A DNA stretch of 64,000 nt from Vulcanimicrobiota bacterium (GCA_963833095.1 CAWHWQ010000005.1:96001-160000); one strand, 5' to 3'. Shown: positions 1-10,059, counted from the first letter of the stretch. Notes: generated by a model from the sequence alone, not told the origin. Numbers and translations: made by a program.

Positions 1-366
1 GAGCTGCGCACGCGCGCAAAGCAGCACGCCGGCACGCTCTCGGGAGGGCAGCAACAGATGGTTGCGATTGCGCGCGCACTGCTCAACGGCGGCAATCGCC
101 TTTTGCTGGTTGACGAGCCGACCAAAGGACTCGCACCGCTGGTTGTTCGCAATGTCGTCGATGCGCTCAAACGCGCCGCGGAGGTCGTGACGATTCTTCT
201 GGTAGAACAAAATTTGAGTGTTGCGCACAAGCTCGCGCACGATGCGATCGTGCTCGACCACGGCACCGTCGGCTACGTCGGCACGGTCGACGAGCTGATG
301 AGCGATCCGGCGCTTGCGCGCCGCCATCTCGGCGTTGCGGCCGCGGGGGCAGCGCACGAGCCGTGA
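1..366 (+). CDS. livF: Branched-chain amino acid-type ABC transporter ATP-binding subunit (5' partial)
   Basis: Frame open from base 1: ...AGTLSGGQQQMVAIARAL...LLLVDEPTKGLAP...LLVEQN (signature motif, Walker B and the LivF-type EQN switch). Confidence 0.9.
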   Translation, partial: ELRTRAKQHAGTLSGGQQQMVAIARALLNGGNRLLLVDEPTKGLAPLVVRNVVDALKRAAEVVTILLVEQNLSVAHKLAHDAIVLDHGTVGYVGTVDELMSDPALARRHLGVAAAGAAHEP

Positions 367-1238
367 GCACCGTCATTCTCTTGCTGTTGACCGGCCTTGG
401 ACTCGGCGCACTCTATTTCTTGATCGCGTCCGGACTTTCACTCATTTGGGGTTTGATGCGCGTCTTGAATTTCGCGCACGGCGCCCTCTTTACCATCGCC
501 GCGTACGTCGCGTGGTCCCTGACCGCGCGGCTGCAAGGCGCAGATCCACTCTGGGCATGGCTCGCTGGAATCGTCATCGCCGTCGTCGTCGGCGGCGTCG
601 CGGCTTTGCTGCTCGAAGTCTTTCTGATCCGTCCGCTCTATGCGCGCCCGATCGGGCAAGTTCTCGTGACCGTCGGCGTTGCGCTCGCCGCAGGGGCGCT
701 GATCGAAGGCATTTACGGCAGCGACCCCAAGCAGATGGTGCTGCCTAGCTGGATGTCCGCATCGTCGGCAATCTTTGGCGAGCCGGTTCCGAACACGCGT
801 CTGCTCTTGATTGCCATCGCGCTTGTCGTGCTCGCGGCACTGCTGCTGTTTTTGCGGCGCACACGCTATGGACTCGTCATTCGTGCCGGCGTCGAAAACC
901 GAGCAATGGTCAGCGCGCTCGGCATTAATGTCGAGCGAGCCTTCACGCTGGTGTTTACGATCGGGGGCATGGCCGCGGGACTTGCAGGCTTTCTTTCGGG
1001 AACGTATTTCGGATATATCGATCCGACACGCGGTACGTCGATGCTCATCTTCGCTTTTATCGTGGTCGTGATCGGCGGCCTCGGTTCGGTAACGGGTTCG
1101 GCGATCGCCGCCGCCGTCGTCGCGATCGTTCAACAGTTCCTCAATTTCTACGCGGCGCCCGGTATCGGCGACTTCTCCGTCGTCATCCTGCTCGCGGCGG
1201 CGCTGCTCTTGCGGCCGCGCTCGGGTGAAACCACATGA
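363..1238 (+). CDS. livH: Liv-type ABC transporter permease (LivH family), copy 1
   Basis: GLSLIWGLMRVLNFAHGA motif, TRYGLVIRA, FIVVVIGGLGS; multiple TM segments; GTG start overlaps livF stop. Confidence 0.9.
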   Translation: MSTVILLLLTGLGLGALYFLIASGLSLIWGLMRVLNFAHGALFTIAAYVAWSLTARLQGADPLWAWLAGIVIAVVVGGVAALLLEVFLIRPLYARPIGQVLVTVGVALAAGALIEGIYGSDPKQMVLPSWMSASSAIFGEPVPNTRLLLIAIALVVLAALLLFLRRTRYGLVIRAGVENRAMVSALGINVERAFTLVFTIGGMAAGLAGFLSGTYFGYIDPTRGTSMLIFAFIVVVIGGLGSVTGSAIAAAVVAIVQQFLNFYAAPGIGDFSVVILLAAALLLRPRSGETT

Positions 1239-2278
1239 AGCCGCTCGTGCGTATCGGCGCGCTTGTTGCCGGCATCGCGCTCTTGGCGGCCGCACCGTGG
1301 ATCGGCATTCCGATTCCGCCGCTTTTCTCCGAATCCCTCAACGCTCCGGGATCGTTGAACCTGCTCGCGCTGTGCTTCGTGTTTGGCGCGCTCGCGCTCT
1401 CGTACGACATCATCTTCGGATTTGCCGGATTGCTTTCGTTCGGACATGCGCTCTATTTTGCTACCGGCGTCTATGTGGGCGCAATCGCACTGACCCATTG
1501 GCACCTCGGGTTGTTACCGACGATCGGTGTCACGCTGGTGGTTTCTCTCGTGCTCCCGCTGATCGTCGGTGCCGTCTGCCTGCGCGTCCGCGACATTCAA
1601 TTTGCAATGGTGACACTTGCCTTCGCGCAAGCCGGATCGATTCTCGTGATGCAGAATCCCTTTGGGCTCACCGGCGGCGAGGAGGGCCTCGCGCTTGGGG
1701 TACATGCGCTGCCGGCATTCCTCGTCGGCGTCGAGAACACGCGCAATCTCTACTGGATCGCGCTTGGCTTACTGATCGCCGTCTCCGCTATCGGATGGTG
1801 GGCCGTCAATTCCGCCCCGGGTCGGGTATGGCAAGCGATTCGCGAGAACGAACGCCGCGTGGAGGTGATCGGCCTCAACCCGTATCTCTATAAACTCGGC
1901 GCCTTCGTACTCTCCTCGTTTCTTGCATCCGCAGCGGGGTTCGTCTACTTGCTGATCGAGGGAAGCGCGAGCCCCGACGTCACGACCGCGAGCTTTACGC
2001 TGGTGCTGCTGGTCATGGTCGTGCTCGGCGGCGTAGGAACACTGTGGGGAGCAGTGCTTGGCGGCATCGTCTACGAATATCTTGATTTTCGCCTTGTCGT
2101 GCTCTCAAACGCAACCGGATTACAATCGCTCCCGGCGTTCCTGCGCATCCCGCTCTCGGAGCCCCTCTTCATCCTCGGCGTCCTCTTTATCATCCTGGTC
2201 CTCTTCGTTCCCGGTGGACTCGCCGGCGCGCTGCGCCGGCTCAACCCTGCCTTTCTCGCTTCATCAGGGAGTCATTAG
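1235..2278 (+). CDS. livM: Liv-type ABC transporter permease (LivM family), copy 1
   Basis: GFAGLLSFGHA, FAMVTLAFAQ, TGGEEG, AIRENE, MVVLGGVGTLWGAVLG motifs. Confidence 0.9.
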   Translation: MKPLVRIGALVAGIALLAAAPWIGIPIPPLFSESLNAPGSLNLLALCFVFGALALSYDIIFGFAGLLSFGHALYFATGVYVGAIALTHWHLGLLPTIGVTLVVSLVLPLIVGAVCLRVRDIQFAMVTLAFAQAGSILVMQNPFGLTGGEEGLALGVHALPAFLVGVENTRNLYWIALGLLIAVSAIGWWAVNSAPGRVWQAIRENERRVEVIGLNPYLYKLGAFVLSSFLASAAGFVYLLIEGSASPDVTTASFTLVLLVMVVLGGVGTLWGAVLGGIVYEYLDFRLVVLSNATGLQSLPAFLRIPLSEPLFILGVLFIILVLFVPGGLAGALRRLNPAFLASSGSH

Positions 2279-2279
2279 C

Positions 2280-3494
2280 ATGCGACTATCACGAATCGTC
2301 TCTGCCGTATGTGCGGCTATTCTGCTCTGCGCACCGTTATCGGCCGCACCCGCAACCGCGGCCGATACAGCGCCCATCCACATCGCGGTCATCACCGATA
2401 TGAGCGGCGTTTACGCCTCGCTCTCAGGTCAAGGAGCGGTCGAAGCCACCAAAATGGCGGTCGAAGATTTCGGCGGCAAAGTCCTTGGCCGGCAAGTTAT
2501 CGTCGACACCGTCGATCACCAGAATTCCGGGCCGACCGCCGAAGCCAAGGCCCGTGAAGAGTTCGACAACGGCGCCGAACTCGCGCTCGACATGACCAAC
2601 TCCGCTACCGCACTCGCCGTTGCTTCGGTAGCGAAAGACAAGCACAAGCTCGCGATCGTCACCGGCGGCGGCACGTCGGCGCTAACCGGCGCGAGCTGCA
2701 ACAAATACACCTATCATTACGCCTACGATACCTACGCACTGGCGCACTCCGAAGGCGTCGCGGTCGCCAAAAGCGGCTTGAAGACTTGGTACGGCATCGT
2801 GCCCGACTACGCATTCGGGAAGTCGATGCTCAGTGATTTCACCGATGCGATCAAGCCGTACGGCGCGACTTTTGTGCACGCCGATACGATGCCGCTCGGC
2901 ACGACCGATTTCTCCTCCTACATGCTCGCAGCGAAAAACGCGCACCCGCAAGTCCTGGCCCTGCTCAACGCCGGCGCCGATACCGTCAATAGCATGAAGG
3001 CAGCCAAAGAATTCGGCCTCGACAAGCAGATGAAGATCGTCGTTGGACTCTTCTTCCTGCCACAGGTGGACACCGATCCTTCACTCTGGGCCGGCGCGAA
3101 AGTTGCTGACTCATGGTATTGGGATCAAACGCCAGAAGCACGCAAGTGGGCCGACCGCTGGTCGGCGCGCATGAACGGTGCGCGTCCCGGATCGATTCAA
3201 GCCGCAGATTATTCGGCGGCAATGCAGTGGCTCAAGGCCGTCCAGGCGGTCGGGTCGGTTGACGCCGATAAAGTCGTGGCCTATCTGGACGGACGCAAGT
3301 TCAGCGACTTCTACGCGCAGAACGCTGAGTTTCGCGCTCGCGACCACCGCGTGGTCCACGACATGTACGTCTACGACATCCTTCCGCAGTCGCAAGTCAA
3401 AGAGAAGGACGCCTGGTACAAGCTCGTCGACACGGTCCCCGGCAGCCAAGCCTTCCGGCCGGCGTCTCAGTCGACGTGCGACAAGACCTGGTAA
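2280..3494 (+). CDS. ABC transporter substrate-binding protein (Liv/aromatic-acid class, periplasmic binding type I)
   Basis: ATG at 2280 after a GGGAG RBS; Sec signal MRLSRIVSAVCAAILLCAPLSA; ITDMSGVY...G.G...A..MAVEDFGGKVLG, DYAFG, PLGTTDFSSY, FRARDHRVVHDMY motifs. Confidence 0.88.
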   Translation: MRLSRIVSAVCAAILLCAPLSAAPATAADTAPIHIAVITDMSGVYASLSGQGAVEATKMAVEDFGGKVLGRQVIVDTVDHQNSGPTAEAKAREEFDNGAELALDMTNSATALAVASVAKDKHKLAIVTGGGTSALTGASCNKYTYHYAYDTYALAHSEGVAVAKSGLKTWYGIVPDYAFGKSMLSDFTDAIKPYGATFVHADTMPLGTTDFSSYMLAAKNAHPQVLALLNAGADTVNSMKAAKEFGLDKQMKIVVGLFFLPQVDTDPSLWAGAKVADSWYWDQTPEARKWADRWSARMNGARPGSIQAADYSAAMQWLKAVQAVGSVDADKVVAYLDGRKFSDFYAQNAEFRARDHRVVHDMYVYDILPQSQVKEKDAWYKLVDTVPGSQAFRPASQSTCDKTW

Positions 3495-3506
3495 TCCGAT
3501 AGTCTC

Positions 3507-4382
3507 ATGAGCGCGGACTATCTCGCGTCCCAGCTCTTCAACGGCCTCGCAAGCGGCGCGTTCTACGCGCTGCTTGCGCTGGGCCTTTCGGTGATCTTCG
3601 GCACCTTGCGGATCATCAATTTTGCGCATGGGGCGATGTATATGCTCGGTGCGTTCGCGACGTACTACGGCGCGCAGTATTTGCATCTCAACTTCTTCGT
3701 CGCGCTTATCGCCGCGCCGTTGGTCGTTGGTCTGCTCGGGATGCTCTTCGAGGTTCTTTTCTTGCGCCGGCTCCAGCGCTTGGATCCGGTCTACGGTCTG
3801 CTCTTTACCTTCGCCACGACGCTGGTCGTCGTCAACCTCATGCGCTTACTCGCCGGCGCGATGGGATCGCCGTACAATATACCTGACGCCCTTTCCGGCG
3901 TAACCAATCTCGGCTTCACGCTCTATCCGACCTACAAACTCTTTGTGATCGTCCTGTCCGTCATCGTCTGCACGCTCGTGTGGTGGTTCGTCGAGCGGAG
4001 TTTGCTCGGGGCGCGCATCCGGGCGGCCACCGAGAACCCGTTGCTCGTGCGCGCGCTCGGCATCGACACGCCACGGCTTATCACGCTGACCTTCGGTCTG
4101 GGCGTCGCGATAGCGGCGCTTGCCGGCGTGCTCGCTGCGCCGACGACGAATGTCTATCCGTCGATGGGCGACGACATCATCATCTACACCTTCGCGATCG
4201 TCGTCATCGGCGGTCTCGGCTCGATTACCGGTTCGATCGCAATGGGCTTTGTGCTCGGCGTCCTTCAAACGCTGGGCGCGGTCTTTTATCCGCCGATCGC
4301 CACCACCCTGATCTTTATCGTCATGGTCATCGTCATCGCGCTGCGGCCGAGTGGCCTCTTCGGAAGGCCGGAGTCGAGTTGA
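3507..4382 (+). CDS. livH: Liv-type ABC transporter permease (LivH family), copy 2
   Basis: QLFNGLASGAFYALLALGLSVIFG...INFAHGA, GARIRAATEN, FAIVVIGGLGS. Confidence 0.9.
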   Translation: MSADYLASQLFNGLASGAFYALLALGLSVIFGTLRIINFAHGAMYMLGAFATYYGAQYLHLNFFVALIAAPLVVGLLGMLFEVLFLRRLQRLDPVYGLLFTFATTLVVVNLMRLLAGAMGSPYNIPDALSGVTNLGFTLYPTYKLFVIVLSVIVCTLVWWFVERSLLGARIRAATENPLLVRALGIDTPRLITLTFGLGVAIAALAGVLAAPTTNVYPSMGDDIIIYTFAIVVIGGLGSITGSIAMGFVLGVLQTLGAVFYPPIATTLIFIVMVIVIALRPSGLFGRPESS

Positions 4383-5317
4383 TGGATCGGCGCCTGTGGA
4401 TCCTTCTCGGGATCGTCGGCCTGCTCGCGCTCGCATTGCCCAAGCTGATCTATCCCGTGGTCGCCATCGACATTCTGTGCTTTGCGCTCTTTGCCGTGGC
4501 GCTCGACTTGCTCTTTGGTTTTGCCGGATTGCTCTCGTTTGGGCAAGCGATGTTTTGGGGCGGCTCGGGCTATGTGGTGGCGATTCTCGTGCAAGACCTT
4601 CACCTCGACGGCGCCGTTGCGCTCGGAGCGGGAGCGCTGTATGCAGCCGTTCTGGCAACGCTGGTGGGCATGCTGGTCGTGCGGCGCAGCGGCATCTACT
4701 TCGCAATGATTACGCTTGCGATCGCGCAGATCGAGTACTTCGTGGCCGTCCAACTCAAAGATCTCACCGGCGGCGAGAACGGTCTGCCGATGGATTCACG
4801 TGGGACCTTCTTCGGCGTGCACGTCTCGAACGATACGGCGTTTTATTTCGTCACGCTCGCTATCATCGCGCTGTGCGTATGGTTCGTCATTCGCGTCGTC
4901 GGATCGCCGTTCGGCACAGTTCTCCGGGCGATTCGCCAGAACGAAGCGCGCACAATCGCGCTGGGCTATCGGGTGAACCGCTTCAAGCTCGCGACATTCG
5001 TCCTTTCGGGCGTTCTCTGCGGACTCGCCGGAGGGCTCTATGCCCTGGGCAATCGGCTCGCCGGGCTCGAGATGATCGATTGGCATACGTCGGGCGCTGT
5101 CGTCATGATGGCGATTCTTGGCGGCAGCGGAACGATCGTCGGGCCGATCATCGGAGCAGCCATCTATCAGATCATCGAATACTTCGTTTCAAAAACGGCG
5201 ATCGGTCAAGAGACCGACCTCGTGCTGGGATTGGTCTTTGCCGTTTGCATACTCGCGTTTCGGCAAGGGATCGCCGGAGGAGTGCTCTCAATACCATGGC
5301 GCAAGACTTCGACCTAG
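4382..5317 (+). CDS. livM: Liv-type ABC transporter permease (LivM family), copy 2
   Basis: ATG at 4382 overlaps the upstream TGA; GFAGLLSFGQA, GIYFAMITLA, TGGENG, SPFG..LRAIRQNE. Confidence 0.9.
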   Translation: MDRRLWILLGIVGLLALALPKLIYPVVAIDILCFALFAVALDLLFGFAGLLSFGQAMFWGGSGYVVAILVQDLHLDGAVALGAGALYAAVLATLVGMLVVRRSGIYFAMITLAIAQIEYFVAVQLKDLTGGENGLPMDSRGTFFGVHVSNDTAFYFVTLAIIALCVWFVIRVVGSPFGTVLRAIRQNEARTIALGYRVNRFKLATFVLSGVLCGLAGGLYALGNRLAGLEMIDWHTSGAVVMMAILGGSGTIVGPIIGAAIYQIIEYFVSKTAIGQETDLVLGLVFAVCILAFRQGIAGGVLSIPWRKTST

Positions 5318-6132
5318 AACTGCTGCGCGGGCGGCTGCGCGCGCGGCGCTACGGAAAGCCTTCAGGCGTACCGGCGCTCTGCATTCCCGGTCTTTCGTCC
5401 AATTCGAGCGTCTTCACGCGGCTCGGTGAACGATTCGAACGTGACGGACGCAGTTTAATTGCATTCGATTTGCGTGGGCGCGGCTGGAGCGACATCACCG
5501 AAAAAGGGACCTACGGCTGGGAAAACCATGCGCGCGACATTCTCGAAGCTGCGCAAGCCATGGGCATCGAGCAGTTCGACTACATCGGGCACTCGATGGG
5601 CGCATTCATTGGGATGACGGCGACGTCGATCGATCGCGGGAAGCACATTCGCCGCTTGGTGCTCATCGACGGGCTCGGCGTGCCCTCGCAGACGGCGCTG
5701 ACCGCGATCATCGCCGGCCTTGCGCGACTCAAGGGCACGTTCGCGACCGCGGATGAGTACGTCGCCGCCGTGCGCGAGATGGGCCTAGCAGCTCCGTGGA
5801 ACGATCTCTGGGAGCAGCATTACCGCTACGATTTGATTACCGAGAACGGGAACGTCCGGCCACGCACCGACGCAGCAGCGGTCGGCGAAGATGCAGTCTA
5901 CGGCTCAACGCAAGACCCTCGCGCCGTGTGGCCATTGCTCACGATTCCCACGCTCCTGCTGCGCGCGACCGTACCGCTGGGCGGCCCCGACGGCTTCGTC
6001 GTCACTCAAGCGGACTACGACGATTTCCTCGCGGCGGTCCCCAGTGCCACGGGCGTCGAGATCCCGGCGAACCATTTCGGCATCATGGCAGCGCAGGAAA
6101 CGCTGGACGAGATCGAACGATTCTTGCAATGA
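5296..6132 (+). CDS. Alpha/beta hydrolase (esterase/lipase-like), paralog 1
   Basis: Start MAQDFDL at 5296; DLRGRGWS, nucleophile elbow GHSMG, C-terminal ANHFGI catalytic His. Confidence 0.88.
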   Translation: MAQDFDLELLRGRLRARRYGKPSGVPALCIPGLSSNSSVFTRLGERFERDGRSLIAFDLRGRGWSDITEKGTYGWENHARDILEAAQAMGIEQFDYIGHSMGAFIGMTATSIDRGKHIRRLVLIDGLGVPSQTALTAIIAGLARLKGTFATADEYVAAVREMGLAAPWNDLWEQHYRYDLITENGNVRPRTDAAAVGEDAVYGSTQDPRAVWPLLTIPTLLLRATVPLGGPDGFVVTQADYDDFLAAVPSATGVEIPANHFGIMAAQETLDEIERFLQ

Positions 6133-6971
6133 CCATGGCTGAGGGCTTCTTTCTTCCGTTATCATCGGGGCGCATCCGCGTGGAGCGCTTTGGACCACCA
6201 TCGGCGCGGGCAGTCATCTGCGTGCACGGCATCTCATCGAACGCGCGCGTTTTCACGCCGATTCGCGACGCCCTTGCAATGCAAGGCCGTCAAGTCATCG
6301 CGCTGGATTTGCGCGGCCGTGGACTCAGCGAAAAAAGCGAAGCCGGCACGTACGGATGGTTGCGCCATGCCCGCGACGTCTTCGAAGTCGCCGAACGCCT
6401 AAAGCTAGAGGAATTCGATCTGGTCGGCCATTCGATGGGAGCCTTCGTCGGCATGAACGCCGTCGCCATCGACAAGCGCAAGCAAATCGGCAAGATCGTG
6501 CTCATCGACGGCCTTGGCCTTCCGAGCGCCACGGCCGCCGCTGCGCTAGCGCGAAACGCAACGCGATTGAACTGGATCTACCGCAACGCGGACGACTATG
6601 TGAAAGCCGTGCAGAGCTTGGGGCTGGCTTCGCCCTGGACCGATCATTGGGAGCGGCACTACCGCTACGAGGTCGAATCGACGGAGCGCGGCGTGCGCGC
6701 GCGCACCAAATTCGGCGCGGTCCTCGAGGATGCAGCGTACGCGGCGACGCATTCGCCGAGCACCTTGTGGGGATCGCTTTGCATTCCGGTCCTGCTCTTG
6801 CGCGCGTCGCGGCCGCTTGCCGCTCCGAACGGATTCGTCGTCACACGACACGACCTCTCCGCCTTTAAGCGATCGACACCCGCCGCGATCGTGCAGGAAA
6901 TCGACGCCAATCACTTTGGAATCGTCATGCACGACGATGCACTTTCCGCGATCAGAGGGTTCTTATGCTAA
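6129..6971 (+). CDS. Alpha/beta hydrolase, paralog 2
   Basis: CVHG oxyanion region, DLRGRGLS, GHSMG, ANHFGI; colinear with paralog 1. Confidence 0.88.
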   Translation: MTMAEGFFLPLSSGRIRVERFGPPSARAVICVHGISSNARVFTPIRDALAMQGRQVIALDLRGRGLSEKSEAGTYGWLRHARDVFEVAERLKLEEFDLVGHSMGAFVGMNAVAIDKRKQIGKIVLIDGLGLPSATAAAALARNATRLNWIYRNADDYVKAVQSLGLASPWTDHWERHYRYEVESTERGVRARTKFGAVLEDAAYAATHSPSTLWGSLCIPVLLLRASRPLAAPNGFVVTRHDLSAFKRSTPAAIVQEIDANHFGIVMHDDALSAIRGFLC

Positions 6972-8587
6972 GTACGATGCCGGATCGGCCACTCTCGATC
7001 CATGCGATCCTCGAACATGCCGCGCGCGCGCATCCTCATAAGGGCATCGTGGCGCGCGACGGCCCGGACATCGTTCGCATCGACTACGCGACCTTTGCCA
7101 AGCGCGTGGCCAAACTCGCCCATGCGCTCGACGAACTTGGCGTGCGGCCCGGCGACCGCGTCGCGTCGTTTGCCTGGAACGGGCATCGCCACATGGAGCT
7201 GTACTACGCAGTGCCGATGATCGGCGCCGTACTCCACACGGTAAACATTCGGCTCTTCCCGGATCAGGTCGCGTTCATTCTGGATCACGCCGAGGATCGC
7301 GTCGTCTTTTTCGACGCCTCGCTGGCCAAAGCGGTCCAAGCTGCCCGCGCTCTCCAGCCCCAAGCGCAACGCGTGTTCGTCGCTATGGGCGCGCTGACCG
7401 AACCCTTCGAAGGTGCGCTCGACTACGAGACGCTCGTCGCGACGAAACCCGAGCACTACGAATGGCCGCAGGTCGACGAACGTTCGGCTGCGCTCTTATG
7501 CTATACGTCGGCGACGACCGGCGATCCCAAGGGCGTCCTCTTCTCGCATCGTTCGACCTATATTCACGCACTTGCCAGCGCCCTGCCCGATTACCTCGGA
7601 GCCCGCGAGCGCGACCGTATTCTTCCGATCGTGCCGATGTTTCACGTCAACGCCTGGGGCTTTCCGTTCATCGCCCCGATGGTCGGCGCCGATCTGATCA
7701 TGCCGATGGACCGTCTCGACGCACCGGGCGTGATCGAACTGTGCAAGAACGAACGCGTGACGCTGTCCGCCGGTGTGCCGACCGTGTGGTTGGCCGTGCG
7801 CGACGCGCTGGTTGCGAACAACGATCGCTTGCCCGACCTCAAACGCGTCGTCATCGGCGGCTCGGCGATGCCGCGTTCGCTCTACGACGCCCTCGAGCAG
7901 CTCGGCATCGAGGGCGTTCACGCCTGGGGAATGACCGAGATGTCGCCGATCGGCACGGTCAACTCGCCTGCATCGGAACTCGCGAACAACCCGGAGCGCC
8001 AGCACGAGGAGCGGTACAAAGCCGGGCGCTTTGCGCCGATTGTCCAATGGCGATTGATTGACGAGCACGGCAACGACGTGGCCGCCGACGGCGTCTCCCG
8101 CGGCGAACTGCTCGTACGCGGGTATGCGGTCACGACGAAATATTACAACAATGAAAGCGCGACCGCGGCGGCGTTCACGCCTGACGGGTGGTTTCACACC
8201 GGCGACGTCTGCACGGTCGACGAGTTCGGATACCTCGACATCGTCGATCGCACCAAAGATTTCATCAAGTCGGGCGGTGAGTGGATCTCATCGGTCGAGG
8301 TGGAGAACACGATCATGGGCCATGCCGCCGTACGCGAAGCGTGCGTGTTCGGCCTTGCGCACCCCAAGTGGCAGGAGCGTCCGGTCGCGGCCGTCGTGAT
8401 CCGCGAAGGGCACGAGCTCGACGAGGACACCTTGCGCGCGTGGCTCGCGCAACATTTGGCGAGTTGGCAAATCCCGGATCGCGTACTCTTCATCGATGCG
8501 ATTCCCCGCACGGGTGTCGGCAAATTTCTCAAGCGTGAATTGCGCACACAATATGCGACGCTGCTCACCCAAGGCGAGCGCGTTTGA
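6965..8587 (+). CDS. Medium/long-chain fatty acyl-CoA ligase (AlkK/DmdB-like AMP-binding enzyme)
   Basis: CYTSATTGDPKG, VPMFHVNAWG, HAWGMTE, GWFHTGD, DRTKDFIKSGGEWISS, HPKWQERP, GKFLKRELR. Confidence 0.92.
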   Translation: MLSTMPDRPLSIHAILEHAARAHPHKGIVARDGPDIVRIDYATFAKRVAKLAHALDELGVRPGDRVASFAWNGHRHMELYYAVPMIGAVLHTVNIRLFPDQVAFILDHAEDRVVFFDASLAKAVQAARALQPQAQRVFVAMGALTEPFEGALDYETLVATKPEHYEWPQVDERSAALLCYTSATTGDPKGVLFSHRSTYIHALASALPDYLGARERDRILPIVPMFHVNAWGFPFIAPMVGADLIMPMDRLDAPGVIELCKNERVTLSAGVPTVWLAVRDALVANNDRLPDLKRVVIGGSAMPRSLYDALEQLGIEGVHAWGMTEMSPIGTVNSPASELANNPERQHEERYKAGRFAPIVQWRLIDEHGNDVAADGVSRGELLVRGYAVTTKYYNNESATAAAFTPDGWFHTGDVCTVDEFGYLDIVDRTKDFIKSGGEWISSVEVENTIMGHAAVREACVFGLAHPKWQERPVAAVVIREGHELDEDTLRAWLAQHLASWQIPDRVLFIDAIPRTGVGKFLKRELRTQYATLLTQGERV

Positions 8588-9042
8588 AGGCCGCGATCAC
8601 CTCCTTTGCGCAGCTCGAGGCGATGCGCGGAACCCATATCCAGAGCGACTGGTTCACCGTCACACAAGACGCCATCGGCCAATTTGCCGACGTCACGCAG
8701 GATCATCAATGGATTCATGTCGACTCGCAGCGAGCCGCCACCGAATCGCCCTATCACACCACGGTCGCCCACGGTTTTTTTACCCTAAGTCTTCTTCCGA
8801 CGCTGCTCTCGCAGAGCCTGGGATTCGCTTGCTCGATGATCCTCAACTATGGATTCGATCGCATTCGATTCATCGGGCCGGTGCCGTCGGGCTCGCGCAT
8901 TCGCGGAACGTTCACGCTCGAAGACGTGCTCCCGGCGGGCGAAGGGGCGGCGACGCTCAGGTGGCATGCGCAGGTCGAAGTCGAAGGCCAAGAACGCCCT
9001 GCGCTGGACGCAGTCTGGCTTCAGCGCGCGTATTTCAACTAG
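8584..9042 (+). CDS. MaoC-family (R)-enoyl-CoA hydratase/dehydratase
   Basis: SDWFTVTQ..I.QFADVTQDHQWIHVD...TVAHGFFTLSL, NYGFDRIRFIGPV; TTG start overlaps the upstream TGA. Confidence 0.88.
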   Translation: MKAAITSFAQLEAMRGTHIQSDWFTVTQDAIGQFADVTQDHQWIHVDSQRAATESPYHTTVAHGFFTLSLLPTLLSQSLGFACSMILNYGFDRIRFIGPVPSGSRIRGTFTLEDVLPAGEGAATLRWHAQVEVEGQERPALDAVWLQRAYFN

Positions 9043-9060
9043 CCGATATACTTTATGGGT

Positions 9061-10059
9061 ATGAAACGGCCGGCCGACACGTCGATCACGCACATCTTGC
9101 CTCTCAGTGTCGACCCCGGCCTGCGGCGCAGCTTCCGCTTTGGCTTGTTACTCGAAGTTCTCGACCGGCTTGCCGAACAGACCGCGCTTGCCTACGTGGG
9201 GCCGGATAGCGGTGTACGTTTCGTCACCGCGGCAATCGATCAGATCCGCTTACATGGAGCGCTCGACACCACGCGCGACTTGACCATGCTCTCGCGCGTC
9301 AATTATGTGCGCACGAGTTCGCTCGAAGTCGGGGTCCGAGTCGAACAGCCGACGGAGAGCCATTTTGGTTCGTGTTATTTCACGATGGTCGCGCAGCCGC
9401 GCGGGCGGGAACTGTTGCCGCTGCACTATCTCGACGAGATCGACCGTCGTCGCAAGGCCGAAGCGATCCAACGGCGCGCCGCATCTCCCAGCAAAGCCGA
9501 GGAGATCGCGCCGCCGACACGCGAGGAGCAAGCGCTGCTCGCGCAACTGCACATGGCCCTGGAAGGACGCGGTTTCGACGGGCGATTGGTTTGCGATTTG
9601 GTATCGCGCGGTTACGAGCGCCCCGATCTCGAACACGAGCGGGCTCCGGCAAGAATCTCAGGCGGCTTCGTGACCCATCGCGCCTATCTGCATGCGGCAA
9701 CCTGCGCCGAACTCATCGCGCCCGATAAGCCGCTTCTCGTCGCTGTCAACCGAATCAACTTCTTACAGCCGGTGCGCGTCGGCGATACGTTGCACTTCAC
9801 CTCGCGCGTCACGTACACCGGTGCGACGTCGATCTGCGTCGAGGTCGATATCGTGCGTGAAAGTGACGACCACAGCACGGCGGCGCTGTGCAACACCTGC
9901 ACGTTCACGTTTCGCAACGTCGACGCTGAGCTCAACGGTCGCCCGGTACCAACCGTGTACCCGACGACCTATGCCGAGGACCTACGCTATCTGGCCGCGC
10001 ACCGGCGGCGAACTATTGCGCGAAATGAACGTCCGTTGGCGCCTGCGGCGGGGTCTTGA
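9061..10059 (+). CDS. Double hotdog-fold acyl-CoA thioesterase
   Basis: Two hotdog units: RFGLLLEVLD...FVTAAIDQI...RVNYV..SSLEVGVRV...SCYFTMVA and INFLQPVRVGD...VTYTGATSI.VEV. Alternative start 9055. Confidence 0.8.
   Translation: MKRPADTSITHILPLSVDPGLRRSFRFGLLLEVLDRLAEQTALAYVGPDSGVRFVTAAIDQIRLHGALDTTRDLTMLSRVNYVRTSSLEVGVRVEQPTESHFGSCYFTMVAQPRGRELLPLHYLDEIDRRRKAEAIQRRAASPSKAEEIAPPTREEQALLAQLHMALEGRGFDGRLVCDLVSRGYERPDLEHERAPARISGGFVTHRAYLHAATCAELIAPDKPLLVAVNRINFLQPVRVGDTLHFTSRVTYTGATSICVEVDIVRESDDHSTAALCNTCTFTFRNVDAELNGRPVPTVYPTTYAEDLRYLAAHRRRTIARNERPLAPAAGS

Noticed and set aside
4351..6132. 593-aa ORF suggesting a long N-terminal extension on the hydrolase
   Set aside because: The first 315 codons are an off-frame read-through of livM copy 2; the hydrolase starts at 5296.
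7498..7530. TSATTG instead of TSGTTG in the acyl-CoA ligase P-loop
   Set aside because: I recall this variant from other ligases of this subfamily, and all other motifs are intact; not evidence of inactivation.
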